A DNA stretch of 64,000 nucleotides from the IMG/VR virus record IMGVR_UViG_3300032167_000006; one strand, 5' to 3'. Below, in pieces: positions 8,576-18,353 of this stretch. A program made the translations under genes and the position numbers. Under the pieces are notes generated by a model that saw only the letters and a program-made list of their open reading frames with translations, was not told where the DNA came from and made no database searches. Within the stretch, counting starts at the first letter, position 1; each line of letters begins with the position of its first letter. This DNA is from a virus. Its lineage: Duplodnaviria > Caudoviricetes.

Positions 8576-10760
8576 CTTTCTTACACATTACTTTACCAGC
8601 CATCATTTTTCCATTACCACGTTTATAATCATCGAGAGCCGCATTGTATTGCATTTGTAATTCATCAAACCTACCTAAAACATCACGTATATTAGTCTTA
8701 GGTTTATGAAGTCTAGGTGGTACAATTTTAGCCATGACATTAAGAACCATATCTTTTCTTTGTTTTGGTATCCTTTTAAATGTCAATCTAAGACCCATAG
8801 TTTCCATCAATGCATTAATTATTTCAGCATTTCTATTTTTAGAATTCTGATCTAATTTAATATCAATATTATATGGATCACCAACTAAAAGTTGCTCAAC
8901 AAGTCTTCTACCTTGAGGTGATGACGAATAAAGCATAAGATTCATTACAACATATTGAACTCCCATATGAAGCAAGTCACCAGATTCCATAAAACCAAAC
9001 ATGATAGGTGTTTTGGTATACTTAGCTTCATACATCTTGTTTGCTTTAGAACGTGTATTAAGATTCTTTAAGTTTGTTGCAGAAAGTGAAGTAACTGAGA
9101 ATTTTTCTTCTGCGTACTGTTTTAATCTATAATGATAGATTTTACTTACAACCATAGGTCTTAATGCTTTAACCATTCTAATATTACCATTAGAATCTTC
9201 CATAGGCATCATAATTTTATATGGTTTTATAAACTCAAATTCATCATATATTTTTTCTATAGTATCTATATTAATAGATGTAGTAAATGGTTGAGTTGTT
9301 AAAATAATAGCATCATCTTCTAAAATACTATTAATTATATTTCTACATTCAAATTCATCTTCTGGATCTATATAATAAAGCATTTCATCAGCCTGCTCTT
9401 TATCAACCATCGAGATAAATTTATATAACATTTTAACTTGTTCACCATATGTCATATGTCCTATCCTAAAATAGTCTAAAAGACGCATTCCGATAAATGA
9501 TAAAGATTGCTCATGAAGCTGTCCGATATTTTCACGGTTGATACAAGTAGACTGATTTTTAATAACCTCTACTCTTTTACCATTTTCAAGCATAGGCATT
9601 AACTCATCATCAAGTATCTGAGATACAACACCTTTACCACCGTATCTATCACACATTTTATCGCCAGGTTCCATAGGAAGTTTCTGAATAACTGTAACTT
9701 CCATAATAACATGGTTAAATACTTTTTCTTTATAGAATTGCTTACCAGAAATAATATCTCTACATCTACCATAAAATTTCTTTAAGTTATATGATAAATT
9801 AGAAGTCATAGCTAATGGTCCAACAATGTCATTAACTTCTTTACAAAATCTAAGACTTTGATTATAATAATAAAATAACTGTGCATTATAATGTGAATCT
9901 CCAAGAGCTTCAGGATTATTACAATATATATTTATATCTGCTACAGTGCCTTCCATAAGGATATTTCTATCCGAAAGCATTATATCTCTAAGATTTTGCT
10001 GACTTAAAGAATACAGTATATTTTCATTTTCCATACGACGTATAGAACAAAATATACCATTTTTAACTTCTTCTCCGATATCAGGAAATGTTTTATATAC
10101 ATTTTCATCTCCATAAAGATTAAGAAGAATATCGTTATCATTTATTGTTATAGGCGTATTTTTAACCAAAGGTATTGCTAATTTTTCAGCACATGATTTT
10201 GATAATATTATAGAGTCTTCCATATTTTGAGCACATGATACATACAACGTGGTTAAATTAATACCATTCATTTTATTACCATACTCATCAAAACCAATAG
10301 ATGTTTTAATAGGTGCACCTTTATTTATCTTATCGCCTACTCTTAAATCATCTAATTTATTATTATTCCATAAGAATCCATATGATTCAGTATTGTAATT
10401 ATATGCAACTCTTTCAATAACATCATACACACCATTTATATTATCATATATTAATAAATAATAATGATGATCTTTACCTTCAATTGTTTGAAACTTATGC
10501 ACAACGGTATAGTCTGATGGAGATGCTATATATGAAGTTGAATTTCTGCCGAATTCATTTTCATATCCAGTTTGAATAATAGGCACTTCTCCATTATAAA
10601 GCACTGTAAGATGCTCAGTATGTACTGAAGTCATTAGTGCTCTAGAACCAGAGTTGGCAGGTCTAAATGGTTGCATTGAAGTTCGTCCAAGCATATAATT
10701 ATAATTAGGTAAATAATTAGTACTTTCTATGATTTGTTCATTAATATTAATATTTGCCAT
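8502..10760 (-). CDS. Phage multisubunit RNAP beta, C-terminal part (probably non-virion RNAP)
   Basis: SRALM, NMEDSI, GDKMCDRYGGKGVVS, RENIGQ, YRLKQ, FGFME. Confidence 0.92.
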   Translation of the reverse strand: MANININEQIIESTNYLPNYNYMLGRTSMQPFRPANSGSRALMTSVHTEHLTVLYNGEVPIIQTGYENEFGRNSTSYIASPSDYTVVHKFQTIEGKDHHYYLLIYDNINGVYDVIERVAYNYNTESYGFLWNNNKLDDLRVGDKINKGAPIKTSIGFDEYGNKMNGINLTTLYVSCAQNMEDSIILSKSCAEKLAIPLVKNTPITINDNDILLNLYGDENVYKTFPDIGEEVKNGIFCSIRRMENENILYSLSQQNLRDIMLSDRNILMEGTVADINIYCNNPEALGDSHYNAQLFYYYNQSLRFCKEVNDIVGPLAMTSNLSYNLKKFYGRCRDIISGKQFYKEKVFNHVIMEVTVIQKLPMEPGDKMCDRYGGKGVVSQILDDELMPMLENGKRVEVIKNQSTCINRENIGQLHEQSLSFIGMRLLDYFRIGHMTYGEQVKMLYKFISMVDKEQADEMLYYIDPEDEFECRNIINSILEDDAIILTTQPFTTSINIDTIEKIYDEFEFIKPYKIMMPMEDSNGNIRMVKALRPMVVSKIYHYRLKQYAEEKFSVTSLSATNLKNLNTRSKANKMYEAKYTKTPIMFGFMESGDLLHMGVQYVVMNLMLYSSSPQGRRLVEQLLVGDPYNIDIKLDQNSKNRNAEIINALMETMGLRLTFKRIPKQRKDMVLNVMAKIVPPRLHKPKTNIRDVLGRFDELQMQYNAALDDYKRGNGKMMAGKVMCKKVGEEYGQVRKDVVGVGKRKSRTTE

Positions 10761-10835
10761 CTTGGTTTTCCTCCTTATAAATTATTAAAGAGATGGAATT
10801 GCTCCCATCTCTCTAATATATAATATACCATTATT

Positions 10836-11048
10836 CTATTTTTTAACAATTTCACACATTACCTTTTTACGATCATTACATTTACGATTGATGTACTCTT
10901 CTACACTCTTTTTAGGAATTTTCCATACAGTTCCAACTTTAAATGCATCAATTTCCTGATCATTTAATAACTGATATGCCGTGTTCTTTCCTATTCCAAG
11001 AATCTCACAGAGCCCATCAATTTCCATAACTAAACGCTCTTTGGGCAT
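10836..11048 (-). CDS. Excisionase-like HTH DNA-binding protein
   Basis: LCEILGIGKNTAYQLL..IDAFKVG..WKIPK; ends KKVMCEIVKK. Confidence 0.85.
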   Translation of the reverse strand: MPKERLVMEIDGLCEILGIGKNTAYQLLNDQEIDAFKVGTVWKIPKKSVEEYINRKCNDRKKVMCEIVKK

Positions 11049-11066
11049 ATTATATTCATCCTTTCA

Positions 11067-12311
11067 TTATACTGGTTTATTAAGTTGCTGTAATATTGCC
11101 TGATAAGGTGATACCATTCCAGCTCCAAATTGTTCTTCTATATTCTTTTTAGCTTCTCTTTCAAGAATATCTTTTGTAAGAGCATCATAGCATACAGAAA
11201 CAAACTGATTATAGAAATCTGGATTGGTATATAAAGTTTGTTTAAATTGTTTCTGAGAGAATTTAATATCACTTCCAGGAAGTTTAAGATAAGCTCCTGC
11301 TCCCTCAAGTATATTATTTTCTTTAAGATACATAAATAATGAAAGATCAGGGTCGTATCCATTATTTTGGTCAAATACTAATGTAGCACTCTTACCAGCT
11401 TTATTTGTTCTAGATTTAACTATATCTACGTTTACAATAGAACCATCTATACCAAAAGCTTCAGATTCTTTAAGTTTACTCTTTCCATCAAGTCTAAAGA
11501 TATTATTCTGAAGATAAGTTGATGTAGTTCTACCGCCAGGTAATGATTCATTCTGTTTAAGATATGCAAGGTCTGCCTTAACTGGCATGAATGAACCAAT
11601 ACCATTCATGGTAATATGGTTGATAATAAGCATAATGATATTAGCTTCTCTACACAGTGGAATTAATCTTAAGAATACATCAGAATTTGTTTTTGCAGTG
11701 ATTGCACCATTCATATTACTACCTTCATCATCTGATAATTTCTTAGGCATAATAGCTTTAAGTGAATCTAAGATATATACTGTAGGTTCAAACTTAATAA
11801 TCGGTTTACCATATTCATCTTTAATTCCTGTATCATATGTATATTCTTCAGGATTATCTACTTTAATATCATGAATAAGTCTTACACGATCATACACACT
11901 TTCTGTTGTAATACCAGCATCACGCATAATGCATCTTTTATCAAATTCTTCTTGAGATAAACCTGATAATTGAATAGCTCTACTACGAAGAAAACCTGAT
12001 TCAGCATTATCCATATATACACAAGATGTAGGGAAATTTCTAATTATATTGAAAGCCCATTGTGTACAAATAGTAGATTTACCTTCGCCTGAACGAGAAA
12101 TTACGGCATTAATTGAACCATCAACAATTCCAACTTGGAAATACTTATTATTATTAATATTAAGAATAGTACCATTAAGGAAATCTATATTAAGAAATCC
12201 AGTACTATAACCAACTGAATGTTGCTGTTCATTAATCATAGATATATCTTTAGTTTTCTTTACTTGTTCTCTAAAAGCAGCACTTAATAATGACATATTT
12301 TTGCCCTCCAT
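11067..12311 (-). CDS. RecA/UvsX-like recombinase
   Basis: STGF..ID, Walker A SGEGKST, YILDS, INHI, PGG. Confidence 0.85.
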   Translation of the reverse strand: MEGKNMSLLSAAFREQVKKTKDISMINEQQHSVGYSTGFLNIDFLNGTILNINNNKYFQVGIVDGSINAVISRSGEGKSTICTQWAFNIIRNFPTSCVYMDNAESGFLRSRAIQLSGLSQEEFDKRCIMRDAGITTESVYDRVRLIHDIKVDNPEEYTYDTGIKDEYGKPIIKFEPTVYILDSLKAIMPKKLSDDEGSNMNGAITAKTNSDVFLRLIPLCREANIIMLIINHITMNGIGSFMPVKADLAYLKQNESLPGGRTTSTYLQNNIFRLDGKSKLKESEAFGIDGSIVNVDIVKSRTNKAGKSATLVFDQNNGYDPDLSLFMYLKENNILEGAGAYLKLPGSDIKFSQKQFKQTLYTNPDFYNQFVSVCYDALTKDILEREAKKNIEEQFGAGMVSPYQAILQQLNKPV

Positions 12312-12334
12312 TAAAACATAATTTATTTTATAAT

Positions 12335-12346
12335 TACAAAAATGTA
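12335..12346 (-). promoter_or_regulatory. ACA-N6-TA promoter motif
   Basis: TACA-TTTTTG-TA upstream of recombinase. Confidence 0.5.
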
Positions 12347-12420
12347 CTAGACGAAATAAATTATTACAATTTCATAAAGGTATCGTATAACAAAAAATAA
12401 AGAATTGATAGTAATTTAAT

Positions 12421-12444
12421 ACGGTAGGGAATTAACCCTACCGT
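12421..12444. terminator. TAGGG/CCCTA hairpin terminator
   Basis: ACGGTAGGG-AATTAA-CCCTACCGT. Confidence 0.7.
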
Positions 12445-12455
12445 ACTATATTTTA

Positions 12456-12800
12456 CTAATTATTTTCTTCAGATTCTCCTGCCCATTCAAGCAATTCTTC
12501 TTTTTGATTTGGAGATAGTTCTTCTGCTTCTTTAGAAATTAATAAATGAGCCATGCAAACATCTCCATTCACATATATAGATTTCCATTTTGTTATTAAT
12601 TCAAGATTCATTTTAGACTCTTCACATCCAAAACAACCTATACAGTTTTTTCTTAATTGCTTTCTTTTTTCAATAACCAGTTCTTCATTTTCTAATACAG
12701 GTTCTTTATAATTTAAAACCTCACAACACTCTTTAATTGTGTCTAGGTCCACAGAACTATCATAAAGTCTACCAGTATAAAAACCAATTCTTGTTGCCAT
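12456..12800 (-). CDS. Hypothetical Cys-containing protein
   Basis: 114-aa ORF with RBS. Confidence 0.7.
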   Translation of the reverse strand: MATRIGFYTGRLYDSSVDLDTIKECCEVLNYKEPVLENEELVIEKRKQLRKNCIGCFGCEESKMNLELITKWKSIYVNGDVCMAHLLISKEAEELSPNQKEELLEWAGESEENN

Positions 12801-12821
12801 ATTATTTCTCCTAACATCTGT

Positions 12822-13772
12822 TTACGGAACTATGATATTTTCATATACTCTAAGTCTATCAATCATATCATTTATTTTTTGATAATCATCAGATAATCTT
12901 CTCATACTAAATCTAACCGGCTTTCCATAATGGACTAGCTTATACGATTCTGTATAATTCAATAATACATGTCTAATATTATCACTAGTAAACTCATTAA
13001 GTATATCTAATACAGCAAGAGATAATGTTGAATCTACCTCTTGTATATCATCAGTTATCCAATGAGTTGACTCATCCGCATCATCATAATCATCTAAAAC
13101 ATCCATCATTATATGAGGGAATATTTTAACATAATTTCTCTGATCTCTATCAAGCTCATATAAAATCTTTAAGATTTGTACTATGGTTTCTTGAGTCATG
13201 ATTGATTTATGCTGACCAATTATAATAAAATTAACTCTCTTAACACATACCTTAGGATTAAGATTAGACCATCTTGCTATAAGAAGTAAGTTAGCTACAT
13301 TATTATTTAATCCAAGTCCAAGTAATCTTGGAAGATATGGTGCATTAATAATATTAGCAAGCATATACATTCTGCTTACAACAGCAGGATTTTTATTCAC
13401 ATGGCTAAATGTGATATAATCATAACAAATATTATTTATCTTGGCAATATTATCTCTATCAAAATAGTTACCTTGATGAATATAACGTTGTACTACATCA
13501 ATAAATGCATCTAAGAATCTTACATTTGTAAAACAGTTAATATAATCTGCTGATTCTTTAGAACCAAAGAATATATTATTTAATATAGTCCTAAATGAGT
13601 TTTGAACAAACATACGAAGTTCAGTATCATTCATATTATTCATATCATATATTGATCCTAAGAGGATTGATTTATTGAACGATGGTGAATTTGCAGGTAC
13701 TATTTTTACCATCTCCACTAAATGTTTTTCATCATAGTTTTTCTTATCTTCCCAGTATTTTTCAAATGCCAT
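12822..13772 (-). CDS. Hypothetical protein downstream of tubulin
   Basis: 316-aa ORF, GGGAGG RBS, N-terminal EMVKIV motif. Confidence 0.8.
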   Translation of the reverse strand: MAFEKYWEDKKNYDEKHLVEMVKIVPANSPSFNKSILLGSIYDMNNMNDTELRMFVQNSFRTILNNIFFGSKESADYINCFTNVRFLDAFIDVVQRYIHQGNYFDRDNIAKINNICYDYITFSHVNKNPAVVSRMYMLANIINAPYLPRLLGLGLNNNVANLLLIARWSNLNPKVCVKRVNFIIIGQHKSIMTQETIVQILKILYELDRDQRNYVKIFPHIMMDVLDDYDDADESTHWITDDIQEVDSTLSLAVLDILNEFTSDNIRHVLLNYTESYKLVHYGKPVRFSMRRLSDDYQKINDMIDRLRVYENIIVP

Positions 13773-13810
13773 ATTAATTACCTCCCTTAAAAGTCAATGA
13801 AGAGGATAAA

Positions 13811-14989
13811 TTAATATTCATCCTCTTCTGTTACAACATTATTCACTGCTCTTTTTGCTGGTGTACCGCCCTGTTCTTTAGTATCAGTATTACCAAAGTT
13901 AGCTAATACATCATCAGGATTTCTCATTTGAGGAATATTGGTTTCTTCAATATCATCATCGAAATCCATATCTCCAAATATATCAGAAAATCCTTTAACT
14001 TCACTGTTAAGTTTTTCTTTAAGAGTATCATATTTTCTAACCATACTCTTAATACCATCTTCAGGATAAAGAAGACCTGCTACAACTATATCCATATATT
14101 CTTTAGAATCATCATATTGAATATGACGGAATATTTCAAGAGGTTCTCCTGTATACCTTTTAATAACTTCAAATCTATTATCGATAGCATCTTGAGTTTT
14201 CTGTGTTGCGTTAATAATAACAGCAAGACGTTTACAACCCTTATTACTATATTCCATACAACTCATTGATTCAAATGAATCAATAATTGCCTGATTTGTA
14301 AGTTCTATATTTTTAGCTCCCTCAAGATCTACATGACGAATATCCATATAACCAGATGTAGTTATAATCTTATAATGATCTGTATCATCTATATTCTGAT
14401 TTGACGGAATCATTTTAGAACCAATAAGAATTTCTAATTGTTCTACAAATTCTTTATTGGCTGCAATTTCTGCTTTAGAATAATTCTTAGTAAAATCTAA
14501 GAATTTAGAATTATCTATAGTATGAAGAATAACTCCATCGGGAAGATCTTTAAAGAACTTCAAGCTGTTATTAATTCCTCTAACTTCATCTTGAAATCCT
14601 ATAAATGCAAATACATGCACAGGTATATTTAATGCTGTAAAGTATTTTGCAATTACAGGGGTTGCTCCACAACCAGTACCGCCTTCAACAGATGTTACAA
14701 GAACAACTGCTTTAGTATTAGGATTAATAAGAGCACTAAAATCAATATCTCTATCTCTTATAGCCTGGAACATAGCTTTCTGACCTTTAACAGGTTCTTT
14801 ACCACATCCACCAAGCATAGAGCTAAATTTAATAATCTTTTCAGGCTCTTTCTTATATTTCTCAGGAATATCTTTAACTGTTGTATTTACGAGTTTTACA
14901 TTATCCTCGTTTATAATTTTTGCTTCTAATGCTGCAATAGCTGCTTTATTACCTGCAGCTCCTACACCAAATAATGCTAAATCCATCAT
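13811..14989 (-). CDS. Tubulin/FtsZ-family GTPase (PhuZ/TubZ-like)
   Basis: GVGAAGN, GGCGKEP, signature EGGTGCG, IDNS, T7-like NIDDTD; acidic tail. Confidence 0.92.
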   Translation of the reverse strand: MMDLALFGVGAAGNKAAIAALEAKIINEDNVKLVNTTVKDIPEKYKKEPEKIIKFSSMLGGCGKEPVKGQKAMFQAIRDRDIDFSALINPNTKAVVLVTSVEGGTGCGATPVIAKYFTALNIPVHVFAFIGFQDEVRGINNSLKFFKDLPDGVILHTIDNSKFLDFTKNYSKAEIAANKEFVEQLEILIGSKMIPSNQNIDDTDHYKIITTSGYMDIRHVDLEGAKNIELTNQAIIDSFESMSCMEYSNKGCKRLAVIINATQKTQDAIDNRFEVIKRYTGEPLEIFRHIQYDDSKEYMDIVVAGLLYPEDGIKSMVRKYDTLKEKLNSEVKGFSDIFGDMDFDDDIEETNIPQMRNPDDVLANFGNTDTKEQGGTPAKRAVNNVVTEEDEY

Positions 14990-15066
14990 ATTATTTTCCT
15001 CCTTAAATTACTTTAATAAATAATTTACCCGTGCCGTATTATTGGCACGGGTGATTGTACTAATAA

Positions 15067-15195
15067 TTACTTATCAGTTTCTTCTTTGCTTTCAGCAGAA
15101 GATTCGTTTACAGTTGCATTTTCTTCTTCAGATAACATTACAGGTTCCATAAATTCACCCTGTTCTCTGATAATGCCATAATTTTTATCACACAT
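15067..15195 (-). CDS. Small acidic protein (42 aa) missing from the ORF track
   Basis: AAGGAGG RBS then MCDKNYGIIREQGEFMEPVMLSEEENATVNESSAESKEETDK*. Confidence 0.6.
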   Translation of the reverse strand: MCDKNYGIIREQGEFMEPVMLSEEENATVNESSAESKEETDK

Positions 15196-15433
15196 ATAAA
15201 GTTCCTCCTTTTGTGCTAAATATTATTTATATTAGTGTAGAAAATATTACACTTAATTACAGTATTATATTATACAATTAAAAATAAAATTATCAAAACA
15301 AAAAGTTTTATCCGGATGGATTAACCATCCGGAGTCAACTCTTTACAAGGGGCGTGTGTCTAAGGTTAAAACCAAAATGTAACTCATAATATAATTCGGC
15401 AGAAATTATATTACTATTTAGTTATAATGATTA

Positions 15434-15670
15434 TTATTTATTACATACAGGTTTTAATGCGCCATGTAAAGGATTTATTGTACAATGATATATTTTATTT
15501 TGGGGATTTGGGTATACACTATAATCTAAATTATTTAAAAACTCATCATAATCTTTCATATGTGGTTCTTTACAAGATTTAACAGTATTATGAATTTCAT
15601 ATAATGGATCATTATATGTAGCCTTAGGGCTATTAAATACATCTGCAATTGAATTATACATTGGTTTCAT
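15434..15670 (-). CDS. Hypothetical protein
   Basis: 78-aa ORF coupled to upstream gene. Confidence 0.6.
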   Translation of the reverse strand: MKPMYNSIADVFNSPKATYNDPLYEIHNTVKSCKEPHMKDYDEFLNNLDYSVYPNPQNKIYHCTINPLHGALKPVCNK

Positions 15671-16571
15671 CCTTTCTAACTATTATACACATTTCTTTCT
15701 TAGGCATGCTATAATACGGAATATAATTATACATATATGGATTATACATTCTTGCAGCAATAGGCTGATAACCAACTACACTATCATAATAGTATGAAGC
15801 AGCATTTAAATCCAAATATACATTAATTCCAGTTTGTTTGGTAAATAGAGTTTCTTTAATATTTATTTCGCCATTTCTATATTTAGTTGTAATAATTAAG
15901 TCTTTAGGATATGTATTTAAATTTATAGGCAAATTAATATATTTACAAATATCACTTTGTTTAAATGGTTTAAGTTTAACATACCCTGGAGCATATATTC
16001 TTTGAGATGGGTGGATATGTTTTTGTATATCATATAAATCTACTATATAATGCTTATAGTAGATTTCATCTTTAGCTTCAGTATATCCTTCAATATGTCT
16101 AAGATCAGCAAGAAAGTATTCAAAACATTTCCATCTATCACATACTGTTGTACCAAGGGCACCAATATATGGGAAAGCTTGAGATTCTGGATGATAGCAC
16201 TTATCTATTATATTTCTCCAGATCTTATGTTCTGATACAAAATGGTATGGATCTGCAAATCCTAAATATGAAGGATCGTAGTTTAAATCTGGTATATATT
16301 TAGCTAAAGCCCCAGATATTAATCTATCTATTGGAACTATAGAATTAGTTGCTAATAAATTTTCTTCTTTATCAAAGATATCTACCTTTACTAAAGTAAT
16401 TTTATATTCTCCATATCCATCCTCATAGTTTCTTTGATTATCTGCAATTTCTTTTACTAAGGTAAAATACTTTGATTTATATGCTCTAAAGTAATCTCCT
16501 ACATGCAGAATTGTGCTTTCATCAAATTTTAATACTTGTTGTTTCATTTTTGTGTATCTCTCCTTAGACAT
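15654..16571 (-). CDS. Degenerate HNH-endonuclease-related protein
   Basis: WRNIIDKCY..YIGALGTTVCDRWKCFEYFLAD matches the WxxMxxRC..YGGRGIxVCxRW phage HNH-associated domain. Confidence 0.6.
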   Translation of the reverse strand: MSKERYTKMKQQVLKFDESTILHVGDYFRAYKSKYFTLVKEIADNQRNYEDGYGEYKITLVKVDIFDKEENLLATNSIVPIDRLISGALAKYIPDLNYDPSYLGFADPYHFVSEHKIWRNIIDKCYHPESQAFPYIGALGTTVCDRWKCFEYFLADLRHIEGYTEAKDEIYYKHYIVDLYDIQKHIHPSQRIYAPGYVKLKPFKQSDICKYINLPINLNTYPKDLIITTKYRNGEINIKETLFTKQTGINVYLDLNAASYYYDSVVGYQPIAARMYNPYMYNYIPYYSMPKKEMCIIVRKDETNV

Positions 16572-16864
16572 CTATGCTTTTTAATTAAGTCCCATGATTA
16601 TTAATTATAATTTATCACGATATTCTCACTCGCGTTTAAACCTTCTGTAGCACGCCTTTAGCGTGCGGCGATAATTTATTTTTATTATTAATTATATTAT
16701 TTATTAATTAATATTTATTTGTTGGCCGTAGGCCCACTTATTTATAAAAGTTAATATGTTTATCTGTTCGCTCTTACTCCGAGAACGTGTCTCTTTTATC
16801 ATCATGTATACCCCCTATGTAAAACTTTACATTTAACAATTTTACGTTAGTATAAGTAATTTCG

Positions 16865-16876
16865 GACAAATAATTA
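16865..16876 (+). promoter_or_regulatory. ACA-N6-TA late-type promoter
   Basis: GACA-AATAAT-TA, 36 nt upstream of 16912. Confidence 0.6.
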
Positions 16877-16911
16877 ATAAATTACAGAATAATCTTATAG
16901 GAGGAAATGCT

Positions 16912-17640
16912 ATGAATCAACAAAGATTAGAATGTGAAAGACTTATCTATAAAATTATGGATACATTAGATCCATCAGGTAAGAATAGAGAATTCTGGAT
17001 GGAAGAATTTTCAAATATGAGTGATGAACAATTTAAAAAATATATGTCAGGTCATTATCCATTATATTACCAAACTGGAGCTTTTAAAGAACCAAGTATG
17101 GATCAAATTAATAAAGCTCTTAAAGAAATTAATGTACCATTATTAGAATCAGTATATATGCCATATAAATATAAGAATCCCAAAACAGGTAAACCTGTAA
17201 AAAGTAAACCTTGTCTTGTAGTGTATTATCATGAAAAGAGAATGAAACAGATATTAACTAAAAAGAATAGTGCTTCTATATCTGCAGATACTAGAGATAT
17301 GAAAACAGGTTTACTTACTGGTATTGATAAGAATGGTAAAGAATCTGATAGAGAATTTGAATCACTTGCAGTATCAGGATTAATGAAAACTGCAGAAGAA
17401 TTAAGTAGACCTAGAGCTGACTCTATGGATGATAAAGATCTTATGAATAATATAATTAAGAATCTTGGTCAAGTAACATTATCAGAATTACCTGAAAATG
17501 TAGATGACTCTTTATCAAAAAATTTATTAAATGCTTATTTTATTGGCGCTCAGTTATACAGTAACATTGTAGAAAAAGATAGCTACATGTTACCATATAC
17601 AGCAAAAGATAAAGAACTTAAAGTTCAAAGAGTTGATTAA
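16912..17640 (+). CDS. Short RNAP beta C-terminal fragment (probably virion RNAP)
   Basis: KRMKQILTKK...R...TGLLTG..KNGKESDREFESL aligns with beta KLxH..R..TQQP..GG..GEME. Confidence 0.7.
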   Translation: MNQQRLECERLIYKIMDTLDPSGKNREFWMEEFSNMSDEQFKKYMSGHYPLYYQTGAFKEPSMDQINKALKEINVPLLESVYMPYKYKNPKTGKPVKSKPCLVVYYHEKRMKQILTKKNSASISADTRDMKTGLLTGIDKNGKESDREFESLAVSGLMKTAEELSRPRADSMDDKDLMNNIIKNLGQVTLSELPENVDDSLSKNLLNAYFIGAQLYSNIVEKDSYMLPYTAKDKELKVQRVD

Positions 17641-17703
17641 AAAAATAATTAAAGTAATTCATATACCCAGTACGGATGTCCGTACTGGGTATAATATCTT
17701 CAA

Positions 17704-17943
17704 TTATTTTTCAGGTTTAAAAGAATGATCATAATGACGATCTTTTGTTTTAGCAGCAATTTCCATACACGCTGTCATTTCAACATATCTACATACAAGA
17801 TATACTATCCATAACATAGCTGCTGTCCAAATGCAATTCATATACCATGTAAATGCATATGCATCTGTTACTGCGATTACTGCGAATAATGCGTTTATAA
17901 TTACGCATGCCAATGTGATAAGTCTTAAAATAGTCGATTTCAT
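17704..17943 (-). CDS. Small membrane protein
   Basis: Two hydrophobic segments, RBS. Confidence 0.7.
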   Translation of the reverse strand: MKSTILRLITLACVIINALFAVIAVTDAYAFTWYMNCIWTAAMLWIVYLVCRYVEMTACMEIAAKTKDRHYDHSFKPEK

Positions 17944-17968
17944 TTTTAAGTTCTCCTTTAAATTTAAA

Positions 17969-18214
17969 TTATTTGTTTTCGATTATTTTGTTAAATTCTT
18001 CATTTGTAACGATTACGATAAATAAGTTATCGCCTCTATCATATGATATAAGGAAATCGCCACCATTAAAACCTTTGTCTTTCGACATGTCGATCATGCT
18101 ATGAATTTCTTTTCTATCATAGCCACAATCTGTTAAGTTGATTACCAAATCTACTACTGATAATCTTGCCATGTTTACTGTGAATTCTTTTGCTGTGTTA
18201 GTTGAGTTGTCCAT
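17969..18214 (-). CDS. Hypothetical protein
   Basis: 81-aa ORF with AGGAG RBS. Confidence 0.7.
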   Translation of the reverse strand: MDNSTNTAKEFTVNMARLSVVDLVINLTDCGYDRKEIHSMIDMSKDKGFNGGDFLISYDRGDNLFIVIVTNEEFNKIIENK

Positions 18215-18280
18215 TGTTTTGTTCTCCTAATTATGTAAAATATTTAATTTGTAAGATTATTCTTTTGCTTCTTACACTAT

Positions 18281-18313
18281 TATATTATATAATTAAATAT
18301 ACGTACTTTTACA
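18281..18313 (-). promoter_or_regulatory. TATAATAT-type promoter, 33-bp repeat of 1326-1358
   Basis: Exact repeat at the head of a minus-strand unit. Confidence 0.6.
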
Positions 18314-18318
18314 CATTC

Positions 18319-18330
18319 GACATTTAGATA
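18319..18330 (+). promoter_or_regulatory. ACA-N6-TA late-type promoter
   Basis: GACA-TTTAGA-TA. Confidence 0.6.
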
Positions 18331-18353
18331 ATTGATAGAGGGAGGTACTATAA

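Noticed and set aside
15654-16571. Active homing endonuclease or intron
   Set aside because: HNH catalytic residues look degenerate and no interrupted host gene flanks it
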